From the NCBI RefSeq assembly GCF_001194135.2, contig NC_068983.1:150836541-150900540 (forward strand): a DNA stretch of 64,000 bases, in the 5' to 3' direction. This DNA comes from Octopus bimaculoides (taxonomy: Eukaryota). Numbering within the stretch: position 1 is the stretch's first letter; each line of letters begins with the position of its first letter. The notes beneath the pieces were generated by a model. It had not been told where the DNA came from, searched no databases, and saw only the letters and a list, made by a program, of their open reading frames with translations. Positions 49,846 through 63,064 of this stretch are shown here, piece by piece. The position numbers and the translations under genes are program-made.

Positions 49846-50352
49846 CATACATACACAGGTAACCTGTGTATATAACAGACATATACAAACACCCACACAC
49901 GTAGTAGCACAAACTCGATCTACACAAGCATGAGACACATCGATGACCACGCATGCACCCTGAAAGATTATTGTTGCACATTTCTCTCTCACATACACAC
50001 ACTTATAAACACACAAAAACGTACACAGATGCATATGTCATCAATTAGCCAACAGTTCAACTTCTAGCAATCAGTAATCACTCAGTATACGAACATTCAT
50101 ATAAGCACAGACACACTGAATATGATAATGACAATATGAGTGACACACACACTTCTGCCTCTGCGAACACGACTACACACAGATATGTACATGTAGCAGA
50201 CAAACATAAACGCATACATGTCGCATCGCACACTCACACACACGTATGAGAGCGTATGCACGCAAACACACAATCAATCGCGCTCACACAGAAACTCTTC
50301 TTCAGCTTCCTGACGCCCATATACACATACAGGCACAAACCAACATGTACAC

Positions 50353-50601
50353 CAATGGTTCTCAGGGATTTTTTACGCATCAATCCCTTTGATTTCTATT
50401 TTACTCGGAAGGACTCATAGCCATTCTACGTTTTCAGAAATCCTATTATACTTTCATAACTATTATTAGGAATTGTATAATTAAAACAAAATTCTGTGTA
50501 TTATAAAAGCATAATCAATTTGTTGCTCATAAATGTTAGCAACAAAATCACGACCCCCCCCCCACACCAAGTCTCATATGGTACCCGGTTGAGAACTACT
50601 G
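50353..50601. mobile_element. hAT/Charlie-type MITE
   Basis: TIRs CAATGGTTCTCA / TGAGAACTACTG; 8-bp TSD ATGTACAC / ATATACAC. Confidence 0.85.
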
Positions 50602-50967
50602 ATATACACAGACATATGTACTCGCTTTTCTGTCTTAAAACAGCCCGTATACTTTACCATCCAACATCCAGTCAGTCAACAGTCAGTATGTAAACCAACT
50701 TGACGTAGTTGTATGCGCCTACCTTTTCTTTCTTTTACCAGTTTTATTCCCGTCTTTCCCTCTCGATTTTTTCTAGTATCCGAAGAAGGGTAATGTCTGA
50801 AACGTTATAGAAAATAACTCTTCTCATTTCCATGAGTGTAAAGCTAAAATTATTGATTGTGGAACCTATTCCGTCCTTTTTTTAATGTATTTTTGCTTCT
50901 CGTTTTTCGCGATATATTTGTGTGCGCGAACGTTTGCTTTCCTTTTTTCTTTGGTTGTGTGTGTGTA

Positions 50968-51015
<48 letters not shown>

Positions 51016-51298
51016 NNNNNNNNNNNNNNNNNNNNNNNNNNNNNNNNNNNNNNNNNNNNNNNNNNNNNNNNNNNNNNNNNNNNNNNNNNNNNNNNNNNNN
51101 NNNNNNNNNNNNNNNNNNNNNNNNNNNNNNNNNNNNNNNNNNNNNNNNNNNNNNNNNNNNNNNNNNNNNNNNNNNNNNNNNNNNNNNNNNNNNNNNNNNN
51201 NNNNNNNNNNNNNNNNNNNNNNNNNNNNNNNNNNNNNNNNNNNNNNNNNNNNNNNNNNNNNNNNNNNNNNNNNNNNNNNNNNNNNNNNNNNNNNNNNN

Positions 51299-51341
<43 letters not shown>

Positions 51342-51885
51342 GTGTGTATGTGTGGAGAGAAAGAAAGAGAAAGGGAGAGAGAGAGGGAGAGAAAGGCCGA
51401 AGAAAGAAGAACCCTGAAATGAAGTTTTATTTAATTAACAGATGTATTTTACGGAAGACCGAAAGGAAAACAAACAGATGTTACAAATATCATGAAAAGA
51501 CTGCATACAACGGATCAGAACAAAAAGTGTACTTATACATAGATACTTGCACAGACACACATATACACGCACATACACACACGTGCACATAAAATCACGC
51601 ACATATATCACGTGTGGGCGCATACGCGCTGATGATTGGTTCACGTGCTAAACACCGTAAGCATTAGGTGGAGTGTCATTAATATTTTACTCATGCTAGT
51701 AAGTGTTCAAATCATGCCAGAAACTATTTTGCTTACTAACATATAAAAATATGTTCAGTAATTATCTAAATCAATGACATTTACCTTCCTCAAATTTGAA
51801 ATCATGTATTACGCAATTTATAATCTGAGTTATGAATTTTAGCAAGAGAACTCGCGGTTCTTTGCCTGGAAATCGATAAAATAAA

Positions 51886-52181
51886 TTGTTGTTGTTTGTT
51901 CCTTCTCGAGCCATACCTGGCTCATAAGGGCCGGTTTCCCGGTTTCATTGGCTTATAGGTTCCCCACCTTGATGGGTGGGACACCGTTCCGTCGCAGGTG
52001 AGCTGCTAGATGCAGGAGGAAAGAGCGAGAGAAAGTTGTGGCGTTTCGCAGTCAGCAGAAATTTGCCTTTACCTTCTGCCAGAGCCGCGCGGAGCTTAGG
52101 TGTTTCGCTAGTAAACATATATCGCCCGCGATCCCTCGACCGCGTGTCCATTGCCCTAACTATTAGGCCATGTGCCTCCAC
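51886..52181 (-). mobile_element. SINE-D: SINE-C-type head with a different (V-SINE-like) 3' half and (AAC)n tail
   Basis: Head GTGGAGGCACATGGCCTAATAGTTAGGGC..CACCTAAGCTCCGCGCGGCTC; then CACCTGCGACGGAACGGTGTCCC..GGAAACCGGCCCTTATGAGCC..GGCTCGAGAAGGAAC. Confidence 0.8.
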
Positions 52182-54189
52182 GATAAAATAAAATACTAGT
52201 CAATATTTGAGGGAGATATAATTAACAATAAATCTCCACTTATATTTGTAGTAAAATTATCATTAAGTAATTAAATCGATAAAAACAGTACAGTGAACTT
52301 GCTGTGAGGAACGGAAAACCCATCGTTTCGGACAGAGTCCTTCTTCATGGGAAAAGATGAAGGGAAAGTAATGAGAGTCAGCGGAGTTTTGCGCCCTCTA
52401 AGTTACTGTACTCTTTCCATTGAATTTACAACTTAGTATAAGTTTTGCTGACGCAGAACAATACCAGGCTCTTTGGAGTTTGTTTAATCATAAATGTTAT
52501 TGTGTTTAAAAGGACTAAATGTGTTTCGATTCCCACTGCTTGTCGCTTGGATTTTTACCATGCTTTAAATTATTGATTGCTTGCACTATTTTTCTCTGGT
52601 TTCGGAGAAAAGAGTATAATTTAGGGAACAAAAATGTCTTTTCCCTTGTTCATTAACAAAATTACTACACCATGTAAAAGCTACATTCCTCACTAAAAAA
52701 AAACCTAAAAGAATTCCATTTCTCAAAAGAATACTTATTTCAGGATAAGGAAAAAATAATGGTTTTTATGATAGAAAACAGCATCATCTTTGACAATTGA
52801 AGTCACCCAACAATTACGATAATACGAAACAGTAATAGTAACACAGACTTGCGTTTCACCAAGCAAAGCAATAAATGGAAAGTTAGAATTGAGCGATACA
52901 AAAAGTAGTTCCGACCTTTCTCTTCTCTTTGATTTCCGGAGCGACCTCGAATAAATGGGCTCCTGATATGAATTACTAAAGTAATAGAATATCTACTTGG
53001 TAGAGTTGTGTGGCAGAAAAGAATCCATATATCTTCAAATCCACGGGTGTCTTTCTCATCACTTATAAAAGAAAAACTATCGGTAACTCTGGATGGTGTG
53101 TGTGAATAACATCTATATCGACTCATGTTGATACCACGGAACTATATGTTTAACATTTATAGAGGAGGCTAAAGTACAAAGCAAACCGAATTATTGTTTC
53201 TCATACCTCTTCAAAAACTCGTACCTAAATTCTTGGGACGGCTTAACACAAGGGTCGTGATAATGAATACTGGTTGCAACATTCCCTCATGGATCGTCTT
53301 CACTTCATTGGAACAAGATGAGAATATTGTAAGCTGAGGTAAGCAAGGACAATATTTGGTCGAATGAGGATAAATAATTCTTTTTAATCCCGGTAAGCAC
53401 AAAACCGTTCCGGTTTTGTGGAACAGTAGGAGCATGTTATAAGCGATGATTTAAGCAAGAACTGCAGTGATCAGGTGCGGTTTATACGATATACAAGTTC
53501 ATATAATTCTGAAGAGTACAGACCCATCCCAGAAAATCTCTGAGAATTTTGATTCAGGGTAGAAAGCATAGCTGCATGCTCTTAAACGCTTTAAGTGCTT
53601 TCTAAATATAAACCTCTGGGGAGTAGCGGGCCTGACACGCGGTCGGGAAAGACCGTAAAAAAAAAGAGAGAAAAACATGGAAAGTAAAGCCGTCAAGTTG
53701 AAATTTTGAAGAATCAGTGAAGTGGGTCACACTCCTATCTAGATTGATATGAAATTTACGGTTCGGCGAACAACTAGCGTGTTCCTGAGACAAAAGGTGG
53801 TTGCTCTGGAGTGAAATAATGATGACAATATAATGTGTGCGGTAGACGAAATTGGTCAGGTTTTAAAATGTATCCAAATGCCAAAAATTAGAAATAGATG
53901 AACAGACATCCAATTACCTAACAGGGCTAACCAGCAGTAGCACATTATCTGGTTTTAATTATTGTGTCTATTATTATAGTACTTTTATACAATTTGTTAG
54001 CTTTGATGTTTCTGTATGTATTAGAAAGTTCCAAAGAATCCTTATATTTTCTCATTTAGATACATCCCCAGGTTGATACTTATCAGCACTTTTGATTTTA
54101 TAATGCCAACATATTAACCAGTGTAGATATAGGCCAAAGCTGTCATGTCTAGATTTATACTTTACTGGTACTAGCTGGTAGAATCGTTA

Positions 54190-54370
54190 CTGTGCTAGGC
54201 TAGCAATTTCGAGGGATAGGGTAAGTCAATTACATCGACTCAAGTGCACATTTGGTACTTATTTTATCGACCCGAAAAGGTATATATTTGAACTCAGGAC
54301 GTAAAGACGGACGAAATGCTGCTTAGCATTTTGCTCGGCATTCTAATGATTCTGCCAGCTGGTCACCTTA
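54190..54370 (-). mobile_element. SINE-B
   Basis: AGTCAATTACATCGACTC..TTTGAACTCAGGACG..CTAATGATTCTGCCAGCT. Confidence 0.85.
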
Positions 54371-54384
54371 TTATTTGCTTCATA

Positions 54385-54540
54385 TTAGTTTCAAAGTTTG
54401 GAAAAGAGGTAAATCGATTACATCGACCCAGTATTCATCTGATACTTATTTCATAGGCAAAGTCGACTTTGGCACCATTTTGAACTTAAAACGTTAAGAT
54501 GGCCGAAATGTCGCTAAGCATTTTGCCTGTCGTGCTAACG
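54385..54540 (-). mobile_element. SINE-B, head ends at GTGCTAACG
   Basis: AATCGATTACATCGACCCAG..GGCAAAGTCGAC..CGTGCTAACG. Confidence 0.85.
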
Positions 54541-54780
54541 TTTCTTATTTCTTTATTTCCCAGAAGGGGCTAAACATAGAGGGGACAAACAAGGACAAAC
54601 AGAAGGATTAAGTCGATTACATCGACTCCAGTGCGTAACTGGTACTTTATTTATCGACCCCCGAAAGAATAAAAGGCAAAGTCGACCTCGGCAGAATTTG
54701 AACTCAGAACGTAACAGCAGACGAAATACCTCTAAGCACTTCGCCCGGCGTGCTAACGTTTCTGCCAGCTCATCTGCTTT
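54541..54780 (-). mobile_element. SINE-B, well preserved, tail type 2
   Basis: Tail TTTCTTATTTCTTTATTTCCCAGAAGGGGCTAAACATAGAGGGGACAAAC; body as in 32590-32739. Confidence 0.92.
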
Positions 54781-55071
54781 CTATTTGCTATGTATTAAAA
54801 GAGGCAGAGTATTACACATATTCATACCTTTAGTATAACGCGTTTGGCAAATTTTTTGTCACACTGTGGCAATTTTATTAACAATCCAATCGATACATTT
54901 CCTCTACACAGGGCTTGAATTGACAAAGGCTACGATAAATAAAGAACATTGTCCAAGTTGCCACGCTGTCGACAAAACCTATGATCTCAATATTGCAAAA
55001 ACCAACTTGTTGAACATTCAACTGTATCTGTGTCCTTATATGAAAGCAGTTGATAATTTTATATGCCAGAA

Positions 55072-55267
55072 CAGTGGTTCCCAACCTGGGGTTTGCGGAG
55101 CTCTGGTGGTCCGAATAGGTAGTACTAGGGATCCTTGAACTAAATTCAAAATTTCATTTATGTATACATAAAGATAAGCATATTAAAAGGGGTCCGCTGG
55201 AAAACTCATTTAAATAAAAGGTGGAAACCACTGTTGGGAACCACTGTGAAAAGATTGGGAACCACTG
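55072..55267. mobile_element. hAT/Charlie-type MITE with a triplicated right TIR
   Basis: CAGTGGTTCCCAAC ... GGAAACCACTG, TTGGGAACCACTG, TTGGGAACCACTG; flanks TGCCAGAA / TGCTAGAC. Confidence 0.88.
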
Positions 55268-55461
55268 TGCTAGACTATCACATATAACTTGCATTATTAT
55301 TTTCTATGACAAACGAACGTTTAGAATGTTGTAAAAAACTTGCTATGAAGAGAGAAACACCAATAGCAAACTTCTGTTTACCAGTGTTGTCCCTGGAGGA
55401 TAAGACACGTAAATCGGGTATATATCGGGCAACTATACATCTCTTAATAAATGTGAGGACA

Positions 55462-55550
<89 letters not shown>

Positions 55551-55673
55551 ACATTTATCATATATATATATATATATCTACACATAAATACATAAATGTA
55601 TAAATATTATATCGAATATGTAAGAATGTTTTGCATAAACATTAATACACACCCACAAATAAGTGTATGTATG

Positions 55674-55704
<31 letters not shown>

Positions 55705-56223
55705 TCACACACACGCACATACTCACACACACACACACACTCACACACACACACACACACGCACACACACACACATGTATTTATATGTATGTACACATAT
55801 GCACACGTCTGGGCATGTGTGCGTGCAGATATGTATGTGTACATGTATACGTGTGTGTTTATGCGCGCGAGCGTGTGTGCATACATATAATATATACATA
55901 TACATACACGTGTGTATGTACATATATATGAGTACGTGTGGGTATGTGTGTTTCTCGGTGACGTATATAAGAGAAAAATAAATACTATACACATTGAAAT
56001 TCATGAAAAAAAGATGGAAGCTAAGAGAAAACACCAACAAAAAACTCATAACGAATAAAATAAGAGAAACAACATCAAAACAAATGAAAATACAAAGCCA
56101 CGGGGACATATGATACAGTCCATGTTGAAATTGTTTTTATCTAATAACAGTTGTAAAATGTGACGGTGACAGATGAAATCCGACCCGTCCGTCTATGAAG
56201 CCCGCTCTGTCTTCCTGTAATAG

Positions 56224-56271
56224 ACTTAATGTTAAGTGGAATGGACGACGGCTATGTTATTGGAATAAACG
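56224..56271 (+). other. Candidate exon, 48 nt
   Basis: ctgtcttcctgtaatag|AC LMLSGMDDGYVIGIN G|gtatgt (phase 1-1); a second frame is also open. Confidence 0.2.
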
Positions 56272-56797
56272 GTATGTTGGCGTGGAAATTAGAATCTCTT
56301 TAAACAAAGAATGTATTTGGGGAGATCAGTATGTCTTAACAACCAGGAGGAAAGAATACAGAAATAATTAAAGGCTTAGATATATGCTTTTGTAGATATA
56401 AACATTCGAAACAAAGACACCGGCCAAACGTAGTTTCATGTATTGAATAAAAACAAAAGCTTATGCAAATATATTGTTAGTGGTTACATACATACACATA
56501 TACATACATATACACACATACATACACATATACATACATACATACATACACACACATACATATATATACACGTACATGCATACTTAAACACGCACACAAA
56601 CATATATATACATAGATATACGTATACATAGATATACATACATTCTCATACACATACACACTCTCTCAACAACCCCACGCACACATACACACAAATATAT
56701 ATATATATATATATATATTAAATCTACCCGCCAAGAAGAAAATGTATATATATACATATATATATACATAAGTACATATATATATATATATACACAT

Positions 56798-56876
<79 letters not shown>

Positions 56877-57938
56877 GTTATATTTGGGTTGTATATATGT
56901 ATTATATTTCTTTGTGCAGAACATAAAAGTGCTGATACACACTTGTGGAAATATGTGAAATCAGTTAACGTGTATCTCCCTACNNNNNNNNNNNNNNNNN
57001 NNNNNNNNNNNNNNNNNNNNNNNNNNNNNNNNNNNNNNNNNNNNNNNNNNNNNNNNNNNNNNNNNNNNNNNNNNNNNNNNNNNNNNNNNNNNNNNNNNNN
57101 NNNNNNNNNNNNNNNNNNNNNNNNNNNNNNNNNNNNNNNNNNNNNNNNNNNNNNNNNNNNNNNNNNNNNNNNNNNNNNNNNNNNNNNNNNNNNNNNNNNN
57201 NNNNNNNNNNNNNNNNNNNNNNNNNNNNNNNNNNNNNNNNNNNNNNNNNNNNNNNNNNNNNNNNNNNNNNNNNNNNNNNNNNNNNNNNNNNNNNNNNNNN
57301 NNNNNNNNNNNNNNNNNNNNNNNNNNNNNNNNNNNNNNNNNNNNNNNNNNNNNNNNNNNNNNNNNNNNNNNNNNNNNNNNNNNNNNNNNNNNNNNNNNNN
57401 NNNNNNNNNNNNNNNNNNNNNNNNNNNNNNNNNNNNNNNNNNNNNNNNNNNNNNNNNNNNNNNNNNNNNNNNNNNNNNNNNNNNNNNNNNNNNNNNNNNN
57501 NNNNNNNNNNNNNNNNNNNNNNNNNNNNNNNNNNNNNNNNNNNNNNNNNNNNNNNNNNNNNNNNNNNNNNNNNNNNNNNNNNNNNNNNNNNNNNNNNNNN
57601 NNNNNNNNNNNNNNNNNNNNNNNNNNNNNNNNNNNNNNNNNNNNNNNNNNNNNNNNNNNNNNNNNNNNNNNNNNNNNNNNNNNNNNNNNNNNNNNNNNNN
57701 NNNNNNNNNNNNNNNNNNNNNNNNNNNNNNNNNNNNNNNNNNNNNNNNNNNNNNNNNNNNNNNNNNNNNNNNNNNNNNNNNNNNNNNNNNNNNNNNNNNN
57801 NNNNNNNNNNNNNNNNNNNNNNNNNNNNNNNNNNNNNNNNNNNNNNNNNNNNNNNNNNNNNNNNNNNNNNNNNNNNNNNNNNNNNNNNNNNNNNNNNNNN
57901 NNNNNNNNATATATACATATATGCATGCACATAGAAAT

Positions 57939-57975
<37 letters not shown>

Positions 57976-58028
57976 CATATATATATACATAAGTACATAT
58001 ATATATATATATATACACATACATATAT

Positions 58029-58077
<49 letters not shown>

Positions 58078-58334
58078 TATATATGTACATACATACATAC
58101 ATATACACATACATATATATAAATATATGTATGCATGTATGTATTTATGTATGTGTATATGTATGTATGCATAACATAAGGAAACTGAAAATACAAAACC
58201 AATATAGAAACCGCGTTATTTATTTATTTATTTTTCCGTTGTTTTTATCAACTATTTGTTTTGTTATTGTGATTTTTCTTGTTTTTGTGTCTGTGTGAGT
58301 ATTGGTGTGTAGCTGTGTGCAAGTATGTGTGTGC

Positions 58335-58380
<46 letters not shown>

Positions 58381-58563
58381 GTGTAAACGTAATATTTAAA
58401 TTTGTCTCGCAATGAAACCTGAACCAGGAAGTCAAAGTGGCATTGCTATATATATATATATATATATAGATGTCTGTGAGTGAACAATTATATGTGTGTG
58501 CAGAGACTTGTAGAAATACATGCTCGCTGCCGCATAGAACACACACGCAAACACACACACACA

Positions 58564-58604
<41 letters not shown>

Positions 58605-58916
58605 ACATGCACACATACATACACATGCGCACATACGCATATATTACATATGCAAATCAGAGTACGTGCGAATAGCTTCTCGATGTTTCTTATTGCCGAT
58701 CTTCAAGCGACTGATTATAGGATTTACGAAGCGTCCTTGTATTCACTTTTGTTCAGATATTTCATATTCCATCGAAATCAACTTTGTGAGAGATATATAA
58801 GGTTCACGGGTAGATATATAGACATCTATTGTAGCTCCATTATAAGCCGCTTGAATATCGGGAACGAGAACAGCATCTGTGACAGATTCACCTTCAAATA
58901 GATGTCATACTAACGT

Positions 58917-58921
58917 CTTTT

Positions 58922-59017
<96 letters not shown>

Positions 59018-59088
59018 ACTTTCTTTCTTTCTTTCTTTCTTTCTTCTTCCTTCCTTTCTTTCTTTCTTCCTTTCTTTCTTCCTCCCCT

Positions 59089-59135
<47 letters not shown>

Positions 59136-59145
59136 NNNNNNNNNN

Positions 59146-59192
<47 letters not shown>

Positions 59193-59195
59193 GTA
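58917..59195. repeat. (TTTC)n then (TATC)n
   Basis: Direct reading. Confidence 0.97.
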
Positions 59196-59333
59196 TACAC
59201 ACACATACATGCGTGTATATCACACACACACACACACACACACATAAATATATACTATAATTGTTATTAAATATGACAGAAGATGTTAGAACACCTACGA
59301 TGCTACAATGTTACAACGCTAAACAGCTGCATA

Positions 59334-59382
<49 letters not shown>

Positions 59383-60338
59383 AACACATACATAAATACA
59401 TGTATGTATAGATTATATATGTAATATATATGCCTATAAGTAATATATATGAGTACATGTGTGTGTATATGTGTGTGTGTTCTTGCCATATAATTTACCG
59501 GATCTCCATTTAGGTATGATGTAAACTTAGCTGTTTTAGTTTTGTCTTTTCATCAAGGATTCTTGAACTTATTTCAGTCTGTTTGGAAGACTCAAATTCC
59601 CAAATCCGTCATCAACGTTTCTAGACTATCACATCTTCAGGATGGAGTAAACTAAACGTGTGTTGCTGTATGTTATCACTTTGAATTTTGGTGGTTAAAT
59701 ATACCTCAACAATAAGGTGTTTCTATTTGCTTGCGACAGTTGTGTGATGCCTGTGTTTAATTTAGCACTTTGCTGAACTATTTTGTGCTGCTTCATTTAT
59801 TAATCTCGCATTTTTGTGTGGAATCCTGCAGAGTGAAAATGTGCTATCCACTAACACATTCTAAGCTGGTTGTGTTTTTTTTATTGTGCAGCGATTGCTC
59901 CACGTTGTAAAAGCATGGAGAAACGGTGGGACTGTGTTGTACTTGCATGGCAATTTCAACAGTTGGAGCCTTAGAGTTTATTTCTTTTTATACAATTTTC
60001 TCGAGCCCATTGTTCACTTTGTTCATAACAACATATACATCTCTTTACATGTTCGTATGTTGTTACTAAAAGAAAGAGAGGATTTCTGACTTCACTGTTT
60101 TGTAGTATATTTCATTAGACAATGTCATACGAATAGGAGGACTTTGAACAGTATTTCACACAAGAAGTTTTTCAAATGTGGTAGCAAATTTATTTTAGAT
60201 GTTTATCACGTTGATGATGCGGCTGTGGTTAATATTTCATAAGGTTAAGCTCTCTACATATGAGCCCAAGTTTTATTAGGCCCAATAGTTAGAATATAAT
60301 TTTAGAATATACATATAGTGGTGTATGTACACACACAC

Positions 60339-60375
<37 letters not shown>

Positions 60376-60636
60376 AATATATGGTGGTTGTCTACTCCCT
60401 ATGCAGAGTCTGACCACCTCCTGTACCTACACATCAGATCCATCATGGCGTCCGATGTGGCTTTTTAAACCAAGCAATGTATTGAAAAGACACCCACATA
60501 GATTGCATATCCGACTTGGACAACCAAGAGCTGCAGTTAAGTTCTGATCTTTGTGGAACTTAAAATGTCTTTTGAGGCCCCTTCAGAATTACAAACCTTA
60601 TGGTATACATGGCATATATGTATATCTATATGTATA

Positions 60637-60998
60637 TGGTTAGGGCAGCGGACTCGCGGTCATAGGATCGCGATTTCGATTCCCAGACCGGGCGTTGTGA
60701 GTGTTCATTGAGTGAAAACACCTAAAGCTCCACGAGGCTCCGGCAGGGGATGGTGGTGAACCCTGCTGTACTCTTTCACCACAACTTTCTCTCACTCTTA
60801 CTTTCTGTTGTGCCTGTAATTCAAAGGGTCAGCCTTGTCACACTGTGTCACGCTGAATATCCCCGAGAACTACATTAAGGGTACACGTGTCTGTGGAGTG
60901 CTCAGCCACTTGCACGTTAATTTCACGAGCCGGCTGTTCCATTGATCAGATCAACTGGAACCCCTCGACGTCATAACCGACGGAGTGCCAACAACAAT
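60637..60998 (+). mobile_element. SINE-C, young, missing the first few bases
   Basis: GGTTAGGGCAGCGGACTCGCGG..GATTCCCAGACCGGG..CGACGGAGTGCCAACAACAA. Confidence 0.95.
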
Positions 60999-61105
60999 NN
61001 NNNNNNNNNNNNNNNNNNNNNNNNNNNNNNNNNNNNNNNNNNNNNNNNNNNNNNGTATGTATATGTATATATATATATGTATATATACATACACACACAC
61101 ACACA

Positions 61106-62078
61106 TTGGGTTGGCAACTAAGTTCCCACCTTTTTTTAAAATTAAAATTTTTTTAAAGGTTTAATAGAAAATAACAACTAATTAATCAATAATGTATTCA
61201 CCCTTGTTGTTTACAACTTCTACCCAACGTTCAACAAGGTTTTCAATACCTCGTTGTTAGAAATCACCCGATTTCGACCCGAAAAATCGATCCAACCAAG
61301 CTCTCAATTCTGCATCAGTATTGAACGAAACTCCGCGCATAGTATTTAAAAGAGATAGAAAGAGGTGGAAATCCCTTTGTGCCAAATCAGGAGAGTACGG
61401 TGGGTGTGGCAGGACTTCCCAGTCATGCATTTAAATGCCTTCTTGGTCATATTGGCGATATGAGGGCGGGCGTTCTGCACCAGAAGAACTCCATGCTGCC
61501 GATTAGGTCTTTTCTTTTGAATAGCCGTGTTGAGTCGTTCCATCTGTTGAGCATAGAATTCTTCGTTGACCGTTTGATTCCGTTCAAACAATTCGTAATT
61601 GATAATCCCATCCCAGTCCCACCATACGCACAATATCGTTTTACGTGACTGAAGATCTTGTTTCACGCGCGGTGTCGCTTGTTTACCGGGGCTAAACCAT
61701 TCCTTACGCTGCTTCATATTGATGTACAGGCAACATTTTTCGTCACCAGTAACGATTCGGTAAAGAAATAGTTGCTTGTGTCCATGAGTTGAGCGGTGAC
61801 GCACAAGCAAACCGGCGGAGATTGTGGCTCGTTGATTTTTGCTGTTGTCACATAAAACATGCGGAACCCATGCTCCATACTTCTAAACCTTTCCCATCGA
61901 GTGAAGATGTTTCTCTCTAGCAGTGTGGGAGCATTCCATTTCTCTGCCAGTTTCCTTGTCGTTTAACGAGAATTTTCGTGTAATAGTTGATTTAATCGTT
62001 CTTTATTGAACTCAACTGGACGACCAGAACGAGGTGCGTCTTTGAGGTCAAAATTTCCATTTTTGAACTTGGCATACC
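61106..62078 (-). pseudogene. mariner (DD34D) transposon, 5' end in the gap
   Basis: FLYRIVTGDEKCCLYIN..LCVWWD..QNARPHIA..HPPYSPDLAQRDFHLFLSL; TIR-like end TTGGGTTGGCAACTAAG; frameshifted. Confidence 0.92.
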
Positions 62079-63064
62079 NNNNNNNNNNNNNNNNNNNNNN
62101 NNNNNNNNNNNNNNNNNNNNNNNNNNNNNNNNNNNNNNNNNNNNNNNNNNNNNNNNNNNNNNNNNNNNNNNNNNNNNNNNNNNNNNNNNNNNNNNNNNNN
62201 NNNNNNNNNNNNNNNNNNNNNNNNNNNNNNNNNNNNNNNNNNNNNNNNNNNNNNNNNNNNNNNNNNNNNNNNNNNNNNNNNNNNNNNNNNNNNNNNNNNN
62301 NNNNNNNNNNNNNNNNNNNNNNNNNNNNNNNNNNNNNNNNNNNNNNNNNNNNNNNNNNNNNNNNNNNNNNNNNNNNNNNNNNNNNNNNNNNNNNNNNNNN
62401 NNNNNNNNNNNNNNNNNNNNNNNNNNNNNNNNNNNNNNNNNNNNNNNNNNNNNNNNNNNNNNNNNNNNNNNNNNNNNNNNNNNNNNNNNNNNNNNNNNNN
62501 NNNNNNNNNNNNNNNNNNNNNNNNNNNNNNNNNNNNNNNNNNNNNNNNNNNNNNNNNNNNNNNNNNNNNNNNNNNNNNNNNNNNNNNNNNNNNNNNNNNN
62601 NNNNNNNNNNNNNNNNNNNNNNNNNNNNNNNNNNNNNNNNNNNNNNNNNNNNNNNNNNNTATATATATATATATGCGTATGTTCGGTGTGTGTGTGTGTG
62701 TGAGTGTGTGTGTACATATATGTAGGTGGTCTATCTATCTCTCTCCCTGTCAGTCTCTCACTTTACACATACACAAGCACACACACGCACATAGATACAT
62801 ACATGCATACAACAATAAATGAACAGGTGAAGTCATTTTTTTTTAATGATTTGTGTTTTACTTCTATCCGTAAATCTTCACAAAATGTTAACAATGAGAA
62901 CTGTGGAAATAATTGAAAAAACAAATAACAACAACAACAATGCAGATGACGACGGTGACGGCGACGACGATGATGAATCAGAATTACATATGCAAACATA
63001 AGATACACACACACACACACATGCACGCACACACGCAGACACACACACACACACAGAGTCATAT

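Noticed and set aside
56740-58060. About 130-bp TA/CA block repeated on both sides of the 925-N gap
   Set aside because: Low complexity and gap-flanking; an assembly artefact cannot be excluded without long reads.
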